A DNA stretch of 64,000 bases from Myxococcota bacterium (GTDB taxonomy: Bacteria > Myxococcota_A > UBA9160 > UBA6930), in assembly GCA_965223705.1 (NCBI GenBank), contig OZ245015.1, positions 135,106-199,105 on the forward strand, written 5' to 3'. The translations under genes were made by a program, and so were the position numbers. A model generated the notes under the pieces. It saw only the letters and a program-made list of their open reading frames with translations. It did not search any database and was not told the DNA's origin. Shown here piece by piece: positions 1 through 10,360 of the stretch (within the stretch, counting starts at the first letter, position 1; every line of letters starts with the position of its first letter).

Positions 1-189
1 GCTCCAGTAGAACCGCAGCGCTTCGGCCTCAACTTCGATGTTGCCTTCCCAGTAGCCGTCGTAGTGGCTGGGAGATTCCCAGGTCGAGTAGACATGGGTG
101 CAGCGAAGGCATCGAATGAGATCGATCTCGAGCTCGCGAAACACCACGCGGCCCTCGGGAGACTGGCAGATCGGGCAGGCATCGACCAT
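1..189 (-). CDS. Partial (5' end) probable class I SAM methyltransferase with N-terminal Zn-ribbon
   Basis: Manual translation MVDACPICQS...LIRCLRCTHVYS runs off the window edge; a CxxC...CxxC N-terminus is typical of this family. Confidence 0.5.
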   Translation of the reverse strand, partial: MVDACPICQSPEGRVVFRELEIDLIRCLRCTHVYSTWESPSHYDGYWEGNIEVEAEALRFYWS

Positions 190-204
190 CTGTGCGCTTG
201 CGCT

Positions 205-999
205 CTAGTCGGCAGACGCGACGAGGTGTGCGTCGATCGGCTTCTCGAAAGCGATGAACAACGTGCAGGCATCATCGCTCACGCAGCGACCTTCGTGCGG
301 CGCCTCGGAGGGGCCGTAGATGTACGTGCCCGTTTCGACGTCGAGGGGCAGCTCGCCGTCGTATGCGAGCTGCATGCGCCCCGTCACGAGAATCATGCGC
401 TCCGCCGAGCTGTGCCAATGTTTTGGCAGGTCGTAGCCGCCGGGGACTCGAAAAAACACATCGCTGTTCGGCCGCTGCGGGTCGCCGTGGAGGATCGCGA
501 TTTCGCAGCCCGCCGGAAAGAAATCGGGGCAGGCGCCCCACGACAGTTCCGGATCGCGGCTCGACCTGGCGAGCGGGGAAAGGCTGGACGCTTCCGGATC
601 CGACGGGTCCAGTCGCACGAAATAGCGCGGCGGAAAACCCGTCAGGAATCGAAAGAAGAACGGTAGAGGGTGCTCACGGCCGATTCGGCCGTACTCTTCG
701 CCGGTGACGAACACCGCGTGAAAATTCCCTTTCGCGCCGTCGGTCGATACCTCGACTTCCGGCACTTCGAGCAAGCGGTGATACCACGCCCGGGGCCAAT
801 GGTTGACGGCGACATACATCAGGTCGCCACTGTCGAGACGTGTGAGAACCCGCTCGTGGGACGCCCCCGACCGATCGAACGTGGTGAGAACCAGCGTCGA
901 CGCGTTCGAGGGCTGAAAGAACCCGATCAACGACTCGAACGCCACGACGATTCCCATGTAAACGAGCGCTGCGATGACGAGGATTCTGAACAGTTTCAC
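205..999 (-). CDS. Membrane-anchored nitroreductase/split-barrel-like domain fused to a C-terminal cupin (DUF4437-like)
   Basis: N-terminal TM helix, LTT..G..H..VL / NHWPRAWY segment, then cupin motifs HWHSSAE and PHEG. Confidence 0.55.
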   Translation of the reverse strand: MKLFRILVIAALVYMGIVVAFESLIGFFQPSNASTLVLTTFDRSGASHERVLTRLDSGDLMYVAVNHWPRAWYHRLLEVPEVEVSTDGAKGNFHAVFVTGEEYGRIGREHPLPFFFRFLTGFPPRYFVRLDPSDPEASSLSPLARSSRDPELSWGACPDFFPAGCEIAILHGDPQRPNSDVFFRVPGGYDLPKHWHSSAERMILVTGRMQLAYDGELPLDVETGTYIYGPSEAPHEGRCVSDDACTLFIAFEKPIDAHLVASAD

Positions 1000-1083
1000 G
1001 GTGATCCGACCTTACTTGCAAGGTACGCGGAAGTCGACGTGAAAATGCTCATCGTGCCTCCTTAAAATCGCGGACCGCGGCGA

Positions 1084-1479
1084 CTAGCCGCTCTCCCGAA
1101 GTTCTCGAATTTGAGGAGCGTTCTCGAGGACTTGTTTCACCGCGCAATAGACGCGGCCGAGGGCCTCGTCTCTGCGCTCGCGACCGAGCCATCTGCGCAA
1201 CAAGCCCCCTTCCACGAACGCGAATACCCGCCACGCGTGCGGCGCTTCTACTTCGCCGGCGCAGGCGACGTAGCTCTTGTACGGGTCGCAACGAACGGGA
1301 ACACACCAGGCGAAGTCTTCGGCGACGATTTCTCCGACCGCGAGCCCTGCATCGCGGAGTCCGTCCGCGAGCCAGCGCGCCAAGGCGCGGCCGACAATGC
1401 CCGGGTTCGTTTCTCGGTCTTCGTCAGGCTCGATGGAGAACGCGTCTGAGCGGAACTCGAGCAGCGGTGACTGAGACAT
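1084..1479 (-). CDS. Hypothetical protein
   Basis: Protein-like ORF; start MSQSPLLEF chosen. Confidence 0.6.
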   Translation of the reverse strand: MSQSPLLEFRSDAFSIEPDEDRETNPGIVGRALARWLADGLRDAGLAVGEIVAEDFAWCVPVRCDPYKSYVACAGEVEAPHAWRVFAFVEGGLLRRWLGRERRDEALGRVYCAVKQVLENAPQIRELRESG

Positions 1480-1544
1480 GATCTCAAAGCTAACGACCTC
1501 AAGGGAAGACGCGAGCGCTAGAATCCCGGACAATGGAGGGCCCC

Positions 1545-2237
1545 ATGATCAAAGGCTTTGCACTCATTCCCCAGAAGGCAGGAATCACCCGCGAGACTTT
1601 TCACGAGCATTGGGAGAAGGTGCACGCACCCCTGGCTCTGCAAATCCAAGTGCTCCGGCGTTACGTCCAGTCGCACCGGTTGCCTCAAACACTCCCCGGG
1701 TTCGAAGACGTCCCCTACGAGGGCATCGCGGAGATCTGGTTCGATCAACTGAGCGATGTCATGCAACTCGGGGACAATCCCGACTACGTCAATGGGGCAC
1801 TCGCCGACGAGCCGAACTTCATCGACCAGAGTGGACTGCGATTCCTCGCGACGCGCGAAGAGATTGTGATTCCCGGCCCGACCATCGAACGCGATACGCC
1901 GCTCGTCAAGGCGATATTCTTGCTGAAGCGACGCGCAGATATGACCGTCGCTGAGTTTCAGAAGTACTGGCTTGAGGAACACGCTCCGCAGATTCCGCGA
2001 GATATGGGCGTGATGCGATACGTGCAGTGCCATCAGCTCCCCGAAACCTATGCCGAGGAGACACCCGCTTTCGACGGCGTCGCTGAGCTTTCTTTTGAAG
2101 ACATGAGCGCCTTCGAGGCGTACTGGGGAAGCGAGCGGGTGCAGGCGATCTTCGCGGCCGACGCGCCGCGTTTCCTGGGCGAGGGCTGTGTCGCGCTGCT
2201 CAGCGAGGAAAAGCGCATCATCTGGCCAGGTCGCTAG
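1545..2237 (+). CDS. EthD domain protein (two tandem EthD domains)
   Basis: Two repeats of F..HW...HAP...RYVQ.H...(Y/F)(E/D)G.AE; GGAGGG RBS before ATG 1545. Confidence 0.85.
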   Translation: MIKGFALIPQKAGITRETFHEHWEKVHAPLALQIQVLRRYVQSHRLPQTLPGFEDVPYEGIAEIWFDQLSDVMQLGDNPDYVNGALADEPNFIDQSGLRFLATREEIVIPGPTIERDTPLVKAIFLLKRRADMTVAEFQKYWLEEHAPQIPRDMGVMRYVQCHQLPETYAEETPAFDGVAELSFEDMSAFEAYWGSERVQAIFAADAPRFLGEGCVALLSEEKRIIWPGR

Positions 2238-2244
2238 CCCAGCA

Positions 2245-3453
2245 TCAGTTGGGCGAATACGCGTCGAGGCCGAGCGCGACCGCGCCCCAGTTCTCCGCTG
2301 TCCGCTCGAGATCCATGATGTAGTGGGTGCGAATCATCGCGATATCGCGGTAGATGCGCTCCATGTCTTGGCCGATCTGGGTCGCACTTGTACCGCTCGC
2401 CTCAAAGAGGATCTCGATGGCCTCGCTCGAAAGGGCGCACACTTGTTGTGCGTGCATGAAAGCGCGTCGCCGCGCTTGCGGGTCACACGCTACAGCGCCA
2501 TCTCCCGCGTCATCTGCCAACTGCTCGAGGCTCGAGACCATGCTGTCCCGAACCGCTGTTGCAGCGTCGGCCTTGGCACGCGAATGCCCGAGGCGTCGTT
2601 GCGTCGAGCGCTCTGCGCGGAGTTCGCCAAACGGCGCGAAGGGGATCTGCTTCGTCATGGCGCGCTCATAGAACGCATCGATCGCGGCCTCCGCCAGGCC
2701 GACACAGATACTGCTCAGCTCGCAGCAGAACACTTCCATCGGCGGACACCGGTAGAACGCGTTGGCGTAGACGCCGTAGCCCGGGGCCTCGCCCTCGAGC
2801 CATGGCGCCTGGTGGATGACGCGTCGCTCCGGCAGGAAGACGTTCTCGACCACGGCCTGCTTCGAGCCGGTCGCTCGCATGCCCATGACGTGCCAGTTGT
2901 CGACGATCTCGTACTCGTCGCGTCGGATGAATCCGAGGATCAGATCGGGAGGCTCTTCCTCTTCCCGCTCTTCTTCGACAACGGCCGAGAGAGCGACCCA
3001 GTTGGCGTGCTCGCCGCCCGAGTTGTAGTTCCAGCGCCCAGTCAGGCGGTAGCCACCGTCGACGGGCACCGCGACACCCTGCGGCGCGAAGATCAGAGGT
3101 GCGCGGAAATCGCCATCGTCTGCGTACATCTCCACCTGACCTTCCTCGGGAAACGAGGCCATGTGGAAGGTATGAGCGCTGGTCAGACAGAGCACCCAAC
3201 CCGAGGAACCGCAACCGCGCGAAATGTTGGTCATCACCTGACAAAACGTTCGGAGGCCGAACTCGTAGCCGCCGAATCGCCGCGGTTGGAGAAGCCGGTA
3301 GAAACCCGCGTCGAGAAAATCCTGAATCGTTTCCTGCGGCAATTCTCGTGCGCGTTCCGCTTGTTCGGCACGTTTGCGAAGCACGGGAATGAGATCGCGC
3401 GAACGTGTGACGACCTGCTCCACGGTGAGATTCGGCTCGGGGGGCTTGATCAT
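2245..3453 (-). CDS. Acyl-CoA dehydrogenase-family flavin monooxygenase (HsaA-like)
   Basis: LQPRRFGG, GCGSSGW, DNWHVMGMRATGS, ERIYRD motifs. Confidence 0.85.
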   Translation of the reverse strand: MIKPPEPNLTVEQVVTRSRDLIPVLRKRAEQAERARELPQETIQDFLDAGFYRLLQPRRFGGYEFGLRTFCQVMTNISRGCGSSGWVLCLTSAHTFHMASFPEEGQVEMYADDGDFRAPLIFAPQGVAVPVDGGYRLTGRWNYNSGGEHANWVALSAVVEEEREEEEPPDLILGFIRRDEYEIVDNWHVMGMRATGSKQAVVENVFLPERRVIHQAPWLEGEAPGYGVYANAFYRCPPMEVFCCELSSICVGLAEAAIDAFYERAMTKQIPFAPFGELRAERSTQRRLGHSRAKADAATAVRDSMVSSLEQLADDAGDGAVACDPQARRRAFMHAQQVCALSSEAIEILFEASGTSATQIGQDMERIYRDIAMIRTHYIMDLERTAENWGAVALGLDAYSPN

Positions 3454-3517
3454 GACGTCCTCCGTCTTCCGCCCAGAGCATACGCCGACGCGTTTCTGCG
3501 TTCACCGTCGGCGGGAA

Positions 3518-6500
3518 TCAGCGCTCTGCGCGTGCCTCGCGGACGTCGGCGAACTCGGTGCCTCCTTCGATCTCGCGCAAGCACACCGCAAGATCGGCGA
3601 GATCGCGCTCTCGATCGAAGCCACCCATCGGGGCGCGCAGACGCCGCAAGAGCGCGCGCATTGCGAGTCCGAGCGCACCTTGCTCCCTCGCGATCGACAG
3701 CGACTCCGTGAGCGCTCGTCGCGCGTCGTCCGGCCGACCGAGTTCGATCAAGAACTCCCCGCGCCTCCCGTGAAGTTCGGCGTCCCAGAAGTGCATCCCC
3801 AGCTGAGAGGCGACCCCCAGGGCGAGGTCGATCGCTCCGACGGCCTCCTCACATTGGCCGGCCCGGTGCGATACATCCGCGAGGATCCCGAGGATGTGCG
3901 GTGCGGCGGTCTGGTTCTGGGTCCCCGCCGCCGTCTCGACGCCGTGGCGGGTGATTTGCAACGCGCGCGAGGGATCGCTCTCGCACCATCCTTGAAGAAT
4001 GGTCGCGGCACCCAGATACAACGGGAATCCGTGACGTTTCGAAAGCGCGGCGGCCTCGTCTGCGAGCCTGCGGGTGCCGTCGCGATCCCGGAGCATCTTT
4101 GCGATGGCCGCCGCGAAAACGAGGCAGAAGGCGAGTGAAACGGGGTCACTGACGGAGCGCGCCCGTGCGACGGCGAGATCGGCCTGTCGTTTCGCTTCTC
4201 GAAAACGACCGAGGGGCCACAAAGCCCAGCTCGAGTACGCGTGGGTCACGGCCTGGAAATCGTGTCCCCACCGCTCGATCTGCGTCCCGCTGTCGTCGGG
4301 ATCGTTTCGAGAGAGCGCGCACTCGTTGTGAAGACACGCGTCTTGAAACCGGCCTTCGAGGAACGCCACATTGCCCAAGGCGTACGCAGCGGCGGTTGTC
4401 GGAGTCGCGTCCGTACCGATGGCCTCGAGCTGCTCCGCGAGCGTTCGCGCCCGTACGAGTTGGCCGGTGGTCACGCAGTACACGACCGACCCCCACAGGC
4501 CCGACGCTCGCAGCGATGGGTCTCGGACACGTTCGCAGAGCTCCTGGGCCCGGTCGTACGCCACCCGCAGTGACGGGCTCGAAAACCCTTCGACGGCTTG
4601 GAGCGAAACCCCGAGCGCGATCTGGATCGAGAGCTCCCTCGCGTCCCGGTCGGCTTCCGGCCCGGTGTGCGACAGCGCGGTGAGTCCTCGGCGCAGCTGA
4701 GTCAGCGCCTCTCGGTGAGCGGAACGGGCGTTGTAGAATTCGCCCGAACGACGCCAGTATTCCGACGCGAGCGCAAACTCCTCCGCTTCCGCCAGATGGT
4801 GGCCCACGAGTTCCGGACGGGCTTCGGCCACTTGCGGCATGCGTGCGAGAATGGTCTGCGCGACGTGCAAGTGGTGTCGCTTGCGCTGCGGACGGACCAG
4901 CGACTGATAAGCCGCATCGCGCAGAAGGGCGTGCTTGAACAGATACGTCGCTTCGGGCGGGTTGCCTCGACGATAGAAGAGTCCCGCGCGTACCGCGCGA
5001 TCCAAGGCTTCGAGCAGCTCGTCTTCCTCCATCGCCGAAACTTTGAGAATCAGGTCGTAGGAGAACTCTCGCCCGAGCACCGAAGCGAGTTGGGCGAGCT
5101 CTTTGGTCGGGCCCAACGCGTCGAGCCTCGCCTCGAACAAGTCGTGGAGCGTATCCGGGATCTCGACATCGCAATCCGAGCGACCATCGTCGCCTCGACG
5201 ACTCGAGTCGAGAGCCGACAGAACGAGCTCCTCGACAAACAGCGGGACGCCGTCGGCGCGATCGAGGATCTCGTCGACCCACCGCTCGGACAGCGTCCGG
5301 CCACCCGCCACTTTGCGGATCAACTCGCGGACTTCGTTGTTGTCGAGCCGCACGAGATCCATTCGTTGCAGCATGTCGTGGCTCGCGCCGGCGGGCTCCA
5401 GATCCGCCCGGCACGTCGCGATGAGCAGGATCGGAGAGCGCTCCAATCGTTCCATCATGTGTGCCATCGCTTCGAGCGTCGACGGATCCAGCCAGTGCGC
5501 GTCTTCGACGATCATGACGACCGGTTGTCGCTTCGCGAGGCGAGCCAACCATTCGGAGAACAAGTCGAAGAGCTCTTCCCGCGACGCTTCGGGGGGTCGG
5601 TCTTCGTAGCGTTCGTTCGCATCCGCAATTCCGTGGAAGTACTCGAGGAGAGGCAGCGTGTCTTCCACGTCGAAGTCCATTCGGGCGAGCCCGAGGCGAA
5701 GCGCTTCGCGTTGAACGGAAATCGGGTCTCTCGTGCGAAAGCCGAGCCCGTCTCGCTGAAGGGCCAACACCGGATAGAGTGCGCTGTCCTTCGTGTGCGC
5801 CGACCCGCGCACCTCGAGCCAGCTGTGTGGTTTGCCTTCGATCGAGGCGCGGAACTTCTGCAGCAGGCGCGATTTTCCGACTCCCGCCTCACCGGAAATC
5901 AACACGGCGCAGCCGCGGCCCTGGGACAGCTCGGCAAAACCGTTCTCGAGCATCGCGAGCTCTGAACGGCGACCGACGAAAGGCGATAGCTCGTTCGTCG
6001 AGTTCACGTCGAGCCGACTGCGCATACCGGCGACGTGGACCGCTCGGAACGCATGCTCGGGTTCGGAGACGCCGACGAGGTCGACGGTGCCGAGATCTTC
6101 CGTCACGAAAATGCCCGACGTGAGCCGCGCGGTGCGAGCGCCCATGACCACGCAGTTGCGTGCGGCGTAACTCTGAAGGCGCGCGGCGACGTGGGTCGTG
6201 CGACCGAGCGCAAGGGTTTCCTTGGCCTCGCCCGTTCCGACCTCACCGACCACGACTTGACCGGTGTGGACACCGACGCGGATGGAGAGCTCCTCTCCGT
6301 AGCGACCCAACAACGCGTCGCGCTGCGCTTCCAAGGTATCGACCAGAGAAAGACCCGCGCGCACCGCGCGCTCTGCGTCATCCTCAAAGGCCTGGGGATA
6401 GCCGAAGTACGCGAGGACACCGTCTCCGAGAAACTGTGCGACGTATCCACCGAACCGGCCGATCACGCCCTGTGCGGCTTCTTGGTAGTCGCGGAGCAAG

Positions 6501-6799
6501 TCGCGCCAGTCTTCGGGATCGAGGCGGCTGGCGATCTGGGTCGATCCGACGACATCGCAAAACAACACGCTGAGCTGCCGCCGCTCTCCCTCGTTCGAAG
6601 GTGCGACCGTTCGGTTCCCAGTCCAGACCAGTGAATCCCCCTCGGCTACGGCGACTTTCTGGACGTCGAGGAGTTCTTCGACGAGATCCGAGAACGCTTC
6701 GTAGTCGAGTTCCACTTCTCGCTTGAGGGCCCGTCGGGAGAGACACCCTTCTTCGCGCAGCACTTCCCGGGCACGACGCATGGCAACGACGAAACTCAT
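3518..6799 (-). CDS. Adenylate/guanylate cyclase + AAA ATPase + TPR (STAND-like) protein
   Basis: ERRQLSVLFCDVVGST, GDGVLAYFG, Walker A GEAGVGKS, EDAHWLD, YLFKHALLRD. Confidence 0.9.
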   Translation of the reverse strand: MSFVVAMRRAREVLREEGCLSRRALKREVELDYEAFSDLVEELLDVQKVAVAEGDSLVWTGNRTVAPSNEGERRQLSVLFCDVVGSTQIASRLDPEDWRDLLRDYQEAAQGVIGRFGGYVAQFLGDGVLAYFGYPQAFEDDAERAVRAGLSLVDTLEAQRDALLGRYGEELSIRVGVHTGQVVVGEVGTGEAKETLALGRTTHVAARLQSYAARNCVVMGARTARLTSGIFVTEDLGTVDLVGVSEPEHAFRAVHVAGMRSRLDVNSTNELSPFVGRRSELAMLENGFAELSQGRGCAVLISGEAGVGKSRLLQKFRASIEGKPHSWLEVRGSAHTKDSALYPVLALQRDGLGFRTRDPISVQREALRLGLARMDFDVEDTLPLLEYFHGIADANERYEDRPPEASREELFDLFSEWLARLAKRQPVVMIVEDAHWLDPSTLEAMAHMMERLERSPILLIATCRADLEPAGASHDMLQRMDLVRLDNNEVRELIRKVAGGRTLSERWVDEILDRADGVPLFVEELVLSALDSSRRGDDGRSDCDVEIPDTLHDLFEARLDALGPTKELAQLASVLGREFSYDLILKVSAMEEDELLEALDRAVRAGLFYRRGNPPEATYLFKHALLRDAAYQSLVRPQRKRHHLHVAQTILARMPQVAEARPELVGHHLAEAEEFALASEYWRRSGEFYNARSAHREALTQLRRGLTALSHTGPEADRDARELSIQIALGVSLQAVEGFSSPSLRVAYDRAQELCERVRDPSLRASGLWGSVVYCVTTGQLVRARTLAEQLEAIGTDATPTTAAAYALGNVAFLEGRFQDACLHNECALSRNDPDDSGTQIERWGHDFQAVTHAYSSWALWPLGRFREAKRQADLAVARARSVSDPVSLAFCLVFAAAIAKMLRDRDGTRRLADEAAALSKRHGFPLYLGAATILQGWCESDPSRALQITRHGVETAAGTQNQTAAPHILGILADVSHRAGQCEEAVGAIDLALGVASQLGMHFWDAELHGRRGEFLIELGRPDDARRALTESLSIAREQGALGLAMRALLRRLRAPMGGFDRERDLADLAVCLREIEGGTEFADVREARAER

Positions 6800-7179
6800 G
6801 ACGACACCTCCAAAGTCGGACGGGGTAGGGGTTCTCGGTCGGGCAGAACGAATTCGCGGCGCGCGCGCTCCGATGCGATGCGCTCGTCCGAGTAGTAGAG
6901 CAATGCGGTCTCCGGGTTCCGAAGCTCGGGGTGGTGAGACAGGAACGCGGCAAAGTCGTGGGCCCTCGTCGGGTCGCCGAGGCGCGCCGCCACGAGCCGC
7001 GTCCAGACGAGAGTCAGCGTTTCGTGGTAGGCGTGCGGATCGCCGGACGCTCCGCCGCCGTTGATCGACTCGCGGATCGCCGCGCGAATCCGCGGCGTCG
7101 CTCGATGAAGCGGAGCGACCCGAAGGTGCTGAAACGCGATTTCCAACCGTGCTTCGTGATCGAGATGGGGCTTTGCCAT
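6796..7179 (-). CDS. Hypothetical protein
   Basis: YHETLT..W and YYS..R..S..AR..FVLPD motifs; 4-nt overlap with the downstream gene. Confidence 0.7.
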   Translation of the reverse strand: MAKPHLDHEARLEIAFQHLRVAPLHRATPRIRAAIRESINGGGASGDPHAYHETLTLVWTRLVAARLGDPTRAHDFAAFLSHHPELRNPETALLYYSDERIASERARREFVLPDREPLPRPTLEVSS

Positions 7180-7317
7180 GGGTCGAGCATCGACGAAGCC
7201 GCGGCGGCGATCTTTTCCGGATCCTTACCGGATTCTTATCATTCCAGCTCTCACGGTTTTTGTAGTAGATTCAAGGGGTTGTGCCTTTGCACGCGATCTT
7301 CGGAGGGCGCGTTTCCG

Positions 7318-10300
7318 GTGACTTACCGCTTCGGAGACTTCGAGCTCGACGCCGCGAAAGGCGAGCTGCGCAAAGCGGGCCGTCGCGTTGCCCTCCAGCC
7401 GAAGCCCCTCGCGTTGTTGATCCTCCTGGTCGCTGAGCGCCACCGGGTCGTCCCGACGGACGAGCTCCTCGACGCGCTCTGGCCGGGCGAGACCGTCACG
7501 CCGAGCTCTCTGGCCCGGGCGGTGAGCGTCGCGCGCGCCGCGATCGACGACACGGGCCGCGGAGCGCGCCTGCGAAGCTACACCCGCCGCGGTTACCGCT
7601 TCGTCGACCGCGTGGCGGAATTGCCCGCCGGCAGTGATTCCCCAGACGCCGGGGCCTCCGATGTGGACGCCAGCGGGATCCCGTTGATCGGCCGAGCGCT
7701 GCCACTGGCCACGTTGTCGGCGGCTTGGGATCGCGCCGTGCGCGGACAGGGGGGCGTGGTGCTCATCAGCGGCCGCGCCGGGATCGGAAAGACCCGCCTC
7801 GCGGATTCGTTCGCCCGTCGGGTGGAGCGCGACGAAGGCACGGTGCTGCGGGGGCGCGCGCTCGAAGCGGACGGCGAGCCGCCTTTTTGGGTGTGGGCGC
7901 AGGTCTTGCGGGCGCTTCATCGAGTCGATCCCGAGCGGTTGGAGGAGCCGGGACTGGCCGACAGCGGCGAGCTCGCTGCATTGCTTCCGGAGTTGCGTCA
8001 GAAGACCGCTTCGGTGGCGGCGAACCTTCCCGAGAAGCAGCGCCGCTTCGTGTTTTTTGACGCCGTCGCGCGCACGCTTCAAGCCGCGTCCCAGCATCGG
8101 CCCGTGCTGGTCGTGTTCGAAGATCTCCACTGGGCGGATCCGGCCTCACTGCGTTTGCTCGAGCACATCGCGTTTGACATCGCTACGAGCTCGCTGCTCC
8201 TCGTCGTGACCGCGCGGGAGGAAGCGGAATCGACGGCAGAAGCGTCCCACGCCCTAGCGGCGCTCCGTCGACAAGACCACTTCGAGAGCGTCGCCCTGGA
8301 AGGCCTGTCCGCCACAGAACTCACCGAGTGGGTGCGACAGTGGACGGGCAAGCCCTCTCAAGACTTGGCGGAGCGCCTCTATGAGCGAACCGGTGGCGTG
8401 CCGCTCTTCGTGCGCGAAGCCGTCCGCAGAATCGATGGGGAACGCGCTCTCTCCGATCCGGGAAATCTCGGCGAGGATTTACCCGCCGTCGAGATCGACT
8501 GGGTGAAAGAAGCGTTCGCGCAACTCTCGAAGGAGTGCGGCGTGTGTCTCGGAGCGGCCTCGGTCGTCGGGCGAGAGTTTTCCCTTCCGCTCCTTTCCGA
8601 TATTTGTGCCACCGCTCGCGGCGATGTGCTCGACGTGCTGGACGAAGCGATCGATCGCGGACTCATCCAAAATGATTCGAGCTCTCCGACCGATTACCGG
8701 TTCGCGCACGATCTCTTTCGCGAAGCCGCTTACGAAGCGCTGACTCCGGGAGCTCGTGCGCGCTGGCATCAGGGCGTCGCTCTGGTTTTGGAGCGGCGCC
8801 ACGCCGGAGAAATCGAACGCGTCGTTTCCGAGCTCGCGTTCCATCGCTACCGCGCGCTCGCACTCGGCGACGCCGAATCTTGTTTCCGTTACGCGACTCG
8901 GGCGGCGGAGCTCGCGGTCGAGTCGCGTGCCTACGAACAAGCGGTGCGCCACTGGACGTGGGCGCTCGAGGCGTTGGAGCAACTGGAGGAGGGAGATCCC
9001 AATCGCCGTTTGAGGAGTCTCCTCGGCCTGGGAGACGCCGTGCGTCTGGCAGGTGATCGCGAGAGCCGCCGCGAAATCCTGGGCGAGGCGATGGTACTCG
9101 CGCGTAAGCTCGATCGGAACGTGGAGTTCGCGACGGCAGCACTCGGCTTGTGTGATTTGACCGAGTGGGCCGTACGCGACGACGTTGCGCGAGACGCGCT
9201 GCTCGAGGCGGCCGAGCGCATCGATCCTTCCGATACCGAGCTGAAAGCGCGCATTCTCACCCGGCTCGGTTATCTCAACTCGATCTCCAATCGCCCCGCT
9301 GCGGAAGAGCATCTGCGCACCGCGGTCGCCATCGCGCGAGACCTCGGTGCCTCGGACCCTTTGGAAGAAGCGCTCTACGCCCTCCACCTCATGTTGGGAG
9401 GACCCGACGACAAGCCGGAGCGCGTCTCGATTCTCGAAGAGTTGCGCGGTGCGGCGACGGCGGCCCGCGACCCGGTCGCCTCGGTGATCGCGGTGCTCGA
9501 TGTCGCGTGCGATTCACTCGAGGTCGGAGACCGCGCGAAAGCCGACGCCCTCCGCCGCGAAGCGGACGAAACCGCGGGGAAACCGGCGCATCCGCTGACG
9601 CTTTGGCATCGCCAGGTCTACGACACGGGTTTGGCGCTCATGGAAGGCCGTTTCTCGGAAGTGAAGGAACGCGCGTCCGTGGCACGAAAGCTCGGGCAAC
9701 GAATGCAACATCCCTACGCCCTCGCTTGCTATGCCGGTCAGTTGTCGCAGCTCGGTGTGGAGTGCGGCGCGGCGGATGACGTCCTCGCGCTCCTCGAGCC
9801 GGTTCTCGATCCGCGCGACGGTCCCGGCCACTGGGTCAAGGCGCGGGTCGCTCGGATGCGATTTGCCGTCGGTCGAGAAGAGGAAGCACGCTCACTGTTT
9901 CGGGACGTGTTCGATGAAGGATTCGAGCAGATTCCGCGCAATCTCCGGTGGATCACGACCATGGTCGAGTTGGTGCACTGCGCGGCAGACCTCGAAGATG
10001 CGGAAGCCGCTCTCGCGCTTCGCGAATTGATCCAGCCCTTCGAGACTCACCACAGCGTGTTGCCCATGGTCATCTGTTACGGAGGTCCGGTCACGTGGGC
10101 ACTGGGCAGAATCAGTGAGCTCAACGCAGACCCCGACGAAGCGCTGCGCTACTACCGAGACGCCCTCCGCTCGAGCATCCAACTGAGGGCGCGGCCCAGC
10201 GAGGCGGCGGTACATCTCTCGATCGGGCACCTGCTGAAACGCCGAGGCCCTCCGGCCGAAGCACGCGAGCACCTAGAAATCGGGGGCGCGCTGGCTGGTG

Positions 10301-10359
10301 ATCTCGGGATGCGCAGCGTTGCGGCCGCGGCTTCGGACGCCCTTCGCGGGCTCGCCTGA
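7318..10359 (+). CDS. OmpR-type winged-helix + AAA ATPase + TPR transcriptional regulator
   Basis: YRFGDFELD...RRGYRF wHTH, GRAGIGKT, EDLHWAD; GTG start 7318 after GGAGGG. Confidence 0.85.
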   Translation: MTYRFGDFELDAAKGELRKAGRRVALQPKPLALLILLVAERHRVVPTDELLDALWPGETVTPSSLARAVSVARAAIDDTGRGARLRSYTRRGYRFVDRVAELPAGSDSPDAGASDVDASGIPLIGRALPLATLSAAWDRAVRGQGGVVLISGRAGIGKTRLADSFARRVERDEGTVLRGRALEADGEPPFWVWAQVLRALHRVDPERLEEPGLADSGELAALLPELRQKTASVAANLPEKQRRFVFFDAVARTLQAASQHRPVLVVFEDLHWADPASLRLLEHIAFDIATSSLLLVVTAREEAESTAEASHALAALRRQDHFESVALEGLSATELTEWVRQWTGKPSQDLAERLYERTGGVPLFVREAVRRIDGERALSDPGNLGEDLPAVEIDWVKEAFAQLSKECGVCLGAASVVGREFSLPLLSDICATARGDVLDVLDEAIDRGLIQNDSSSPTDYRFAHDLFREAAYEALTPGARARWHQGVALVLERRHAGEIERVVSELAFHRYRALALGDAESCFRYATRAAELAVESRAYEQAVRHWTWALEALEQLEEGDPNRRLRSLLGLGDAVRLAGDRESRREILGEAMVLARKLDRNVEFATAALGLCDLTEWAVRDDVARDALLEAAERIDPSDTELKARILTRLGYLNSISNRPAAEEHLRTAVAIARDLGASDPLEEALYALHLMLGGPDDKPERVSILEELRGAATAARDPVASVIAVLDVACDSLEVGDRAKADALRREADETAGKPAHPLTLWHRQVYDTGLALMEGRFSEVKERASVARKLGQRMQHPYALACYAGQLSQLGVECGAADDVLALLEPVLDPRDGPGHWVKARVARMRFAVGREEEARSLFRDVFDEGFEQIPRNLRWITTMVELVHCAADLEDAEAALALRELIQPFETHHSVLPMVICYGGPVTWALGRISELNADPDEALRYYRDALRSSIQLRARPSEAAVHLSIGHLLKRRGPPAEAREHLEIGGALAGDLGMRSVAAAASDALRGLA

Positions 10360-10360
10360 C

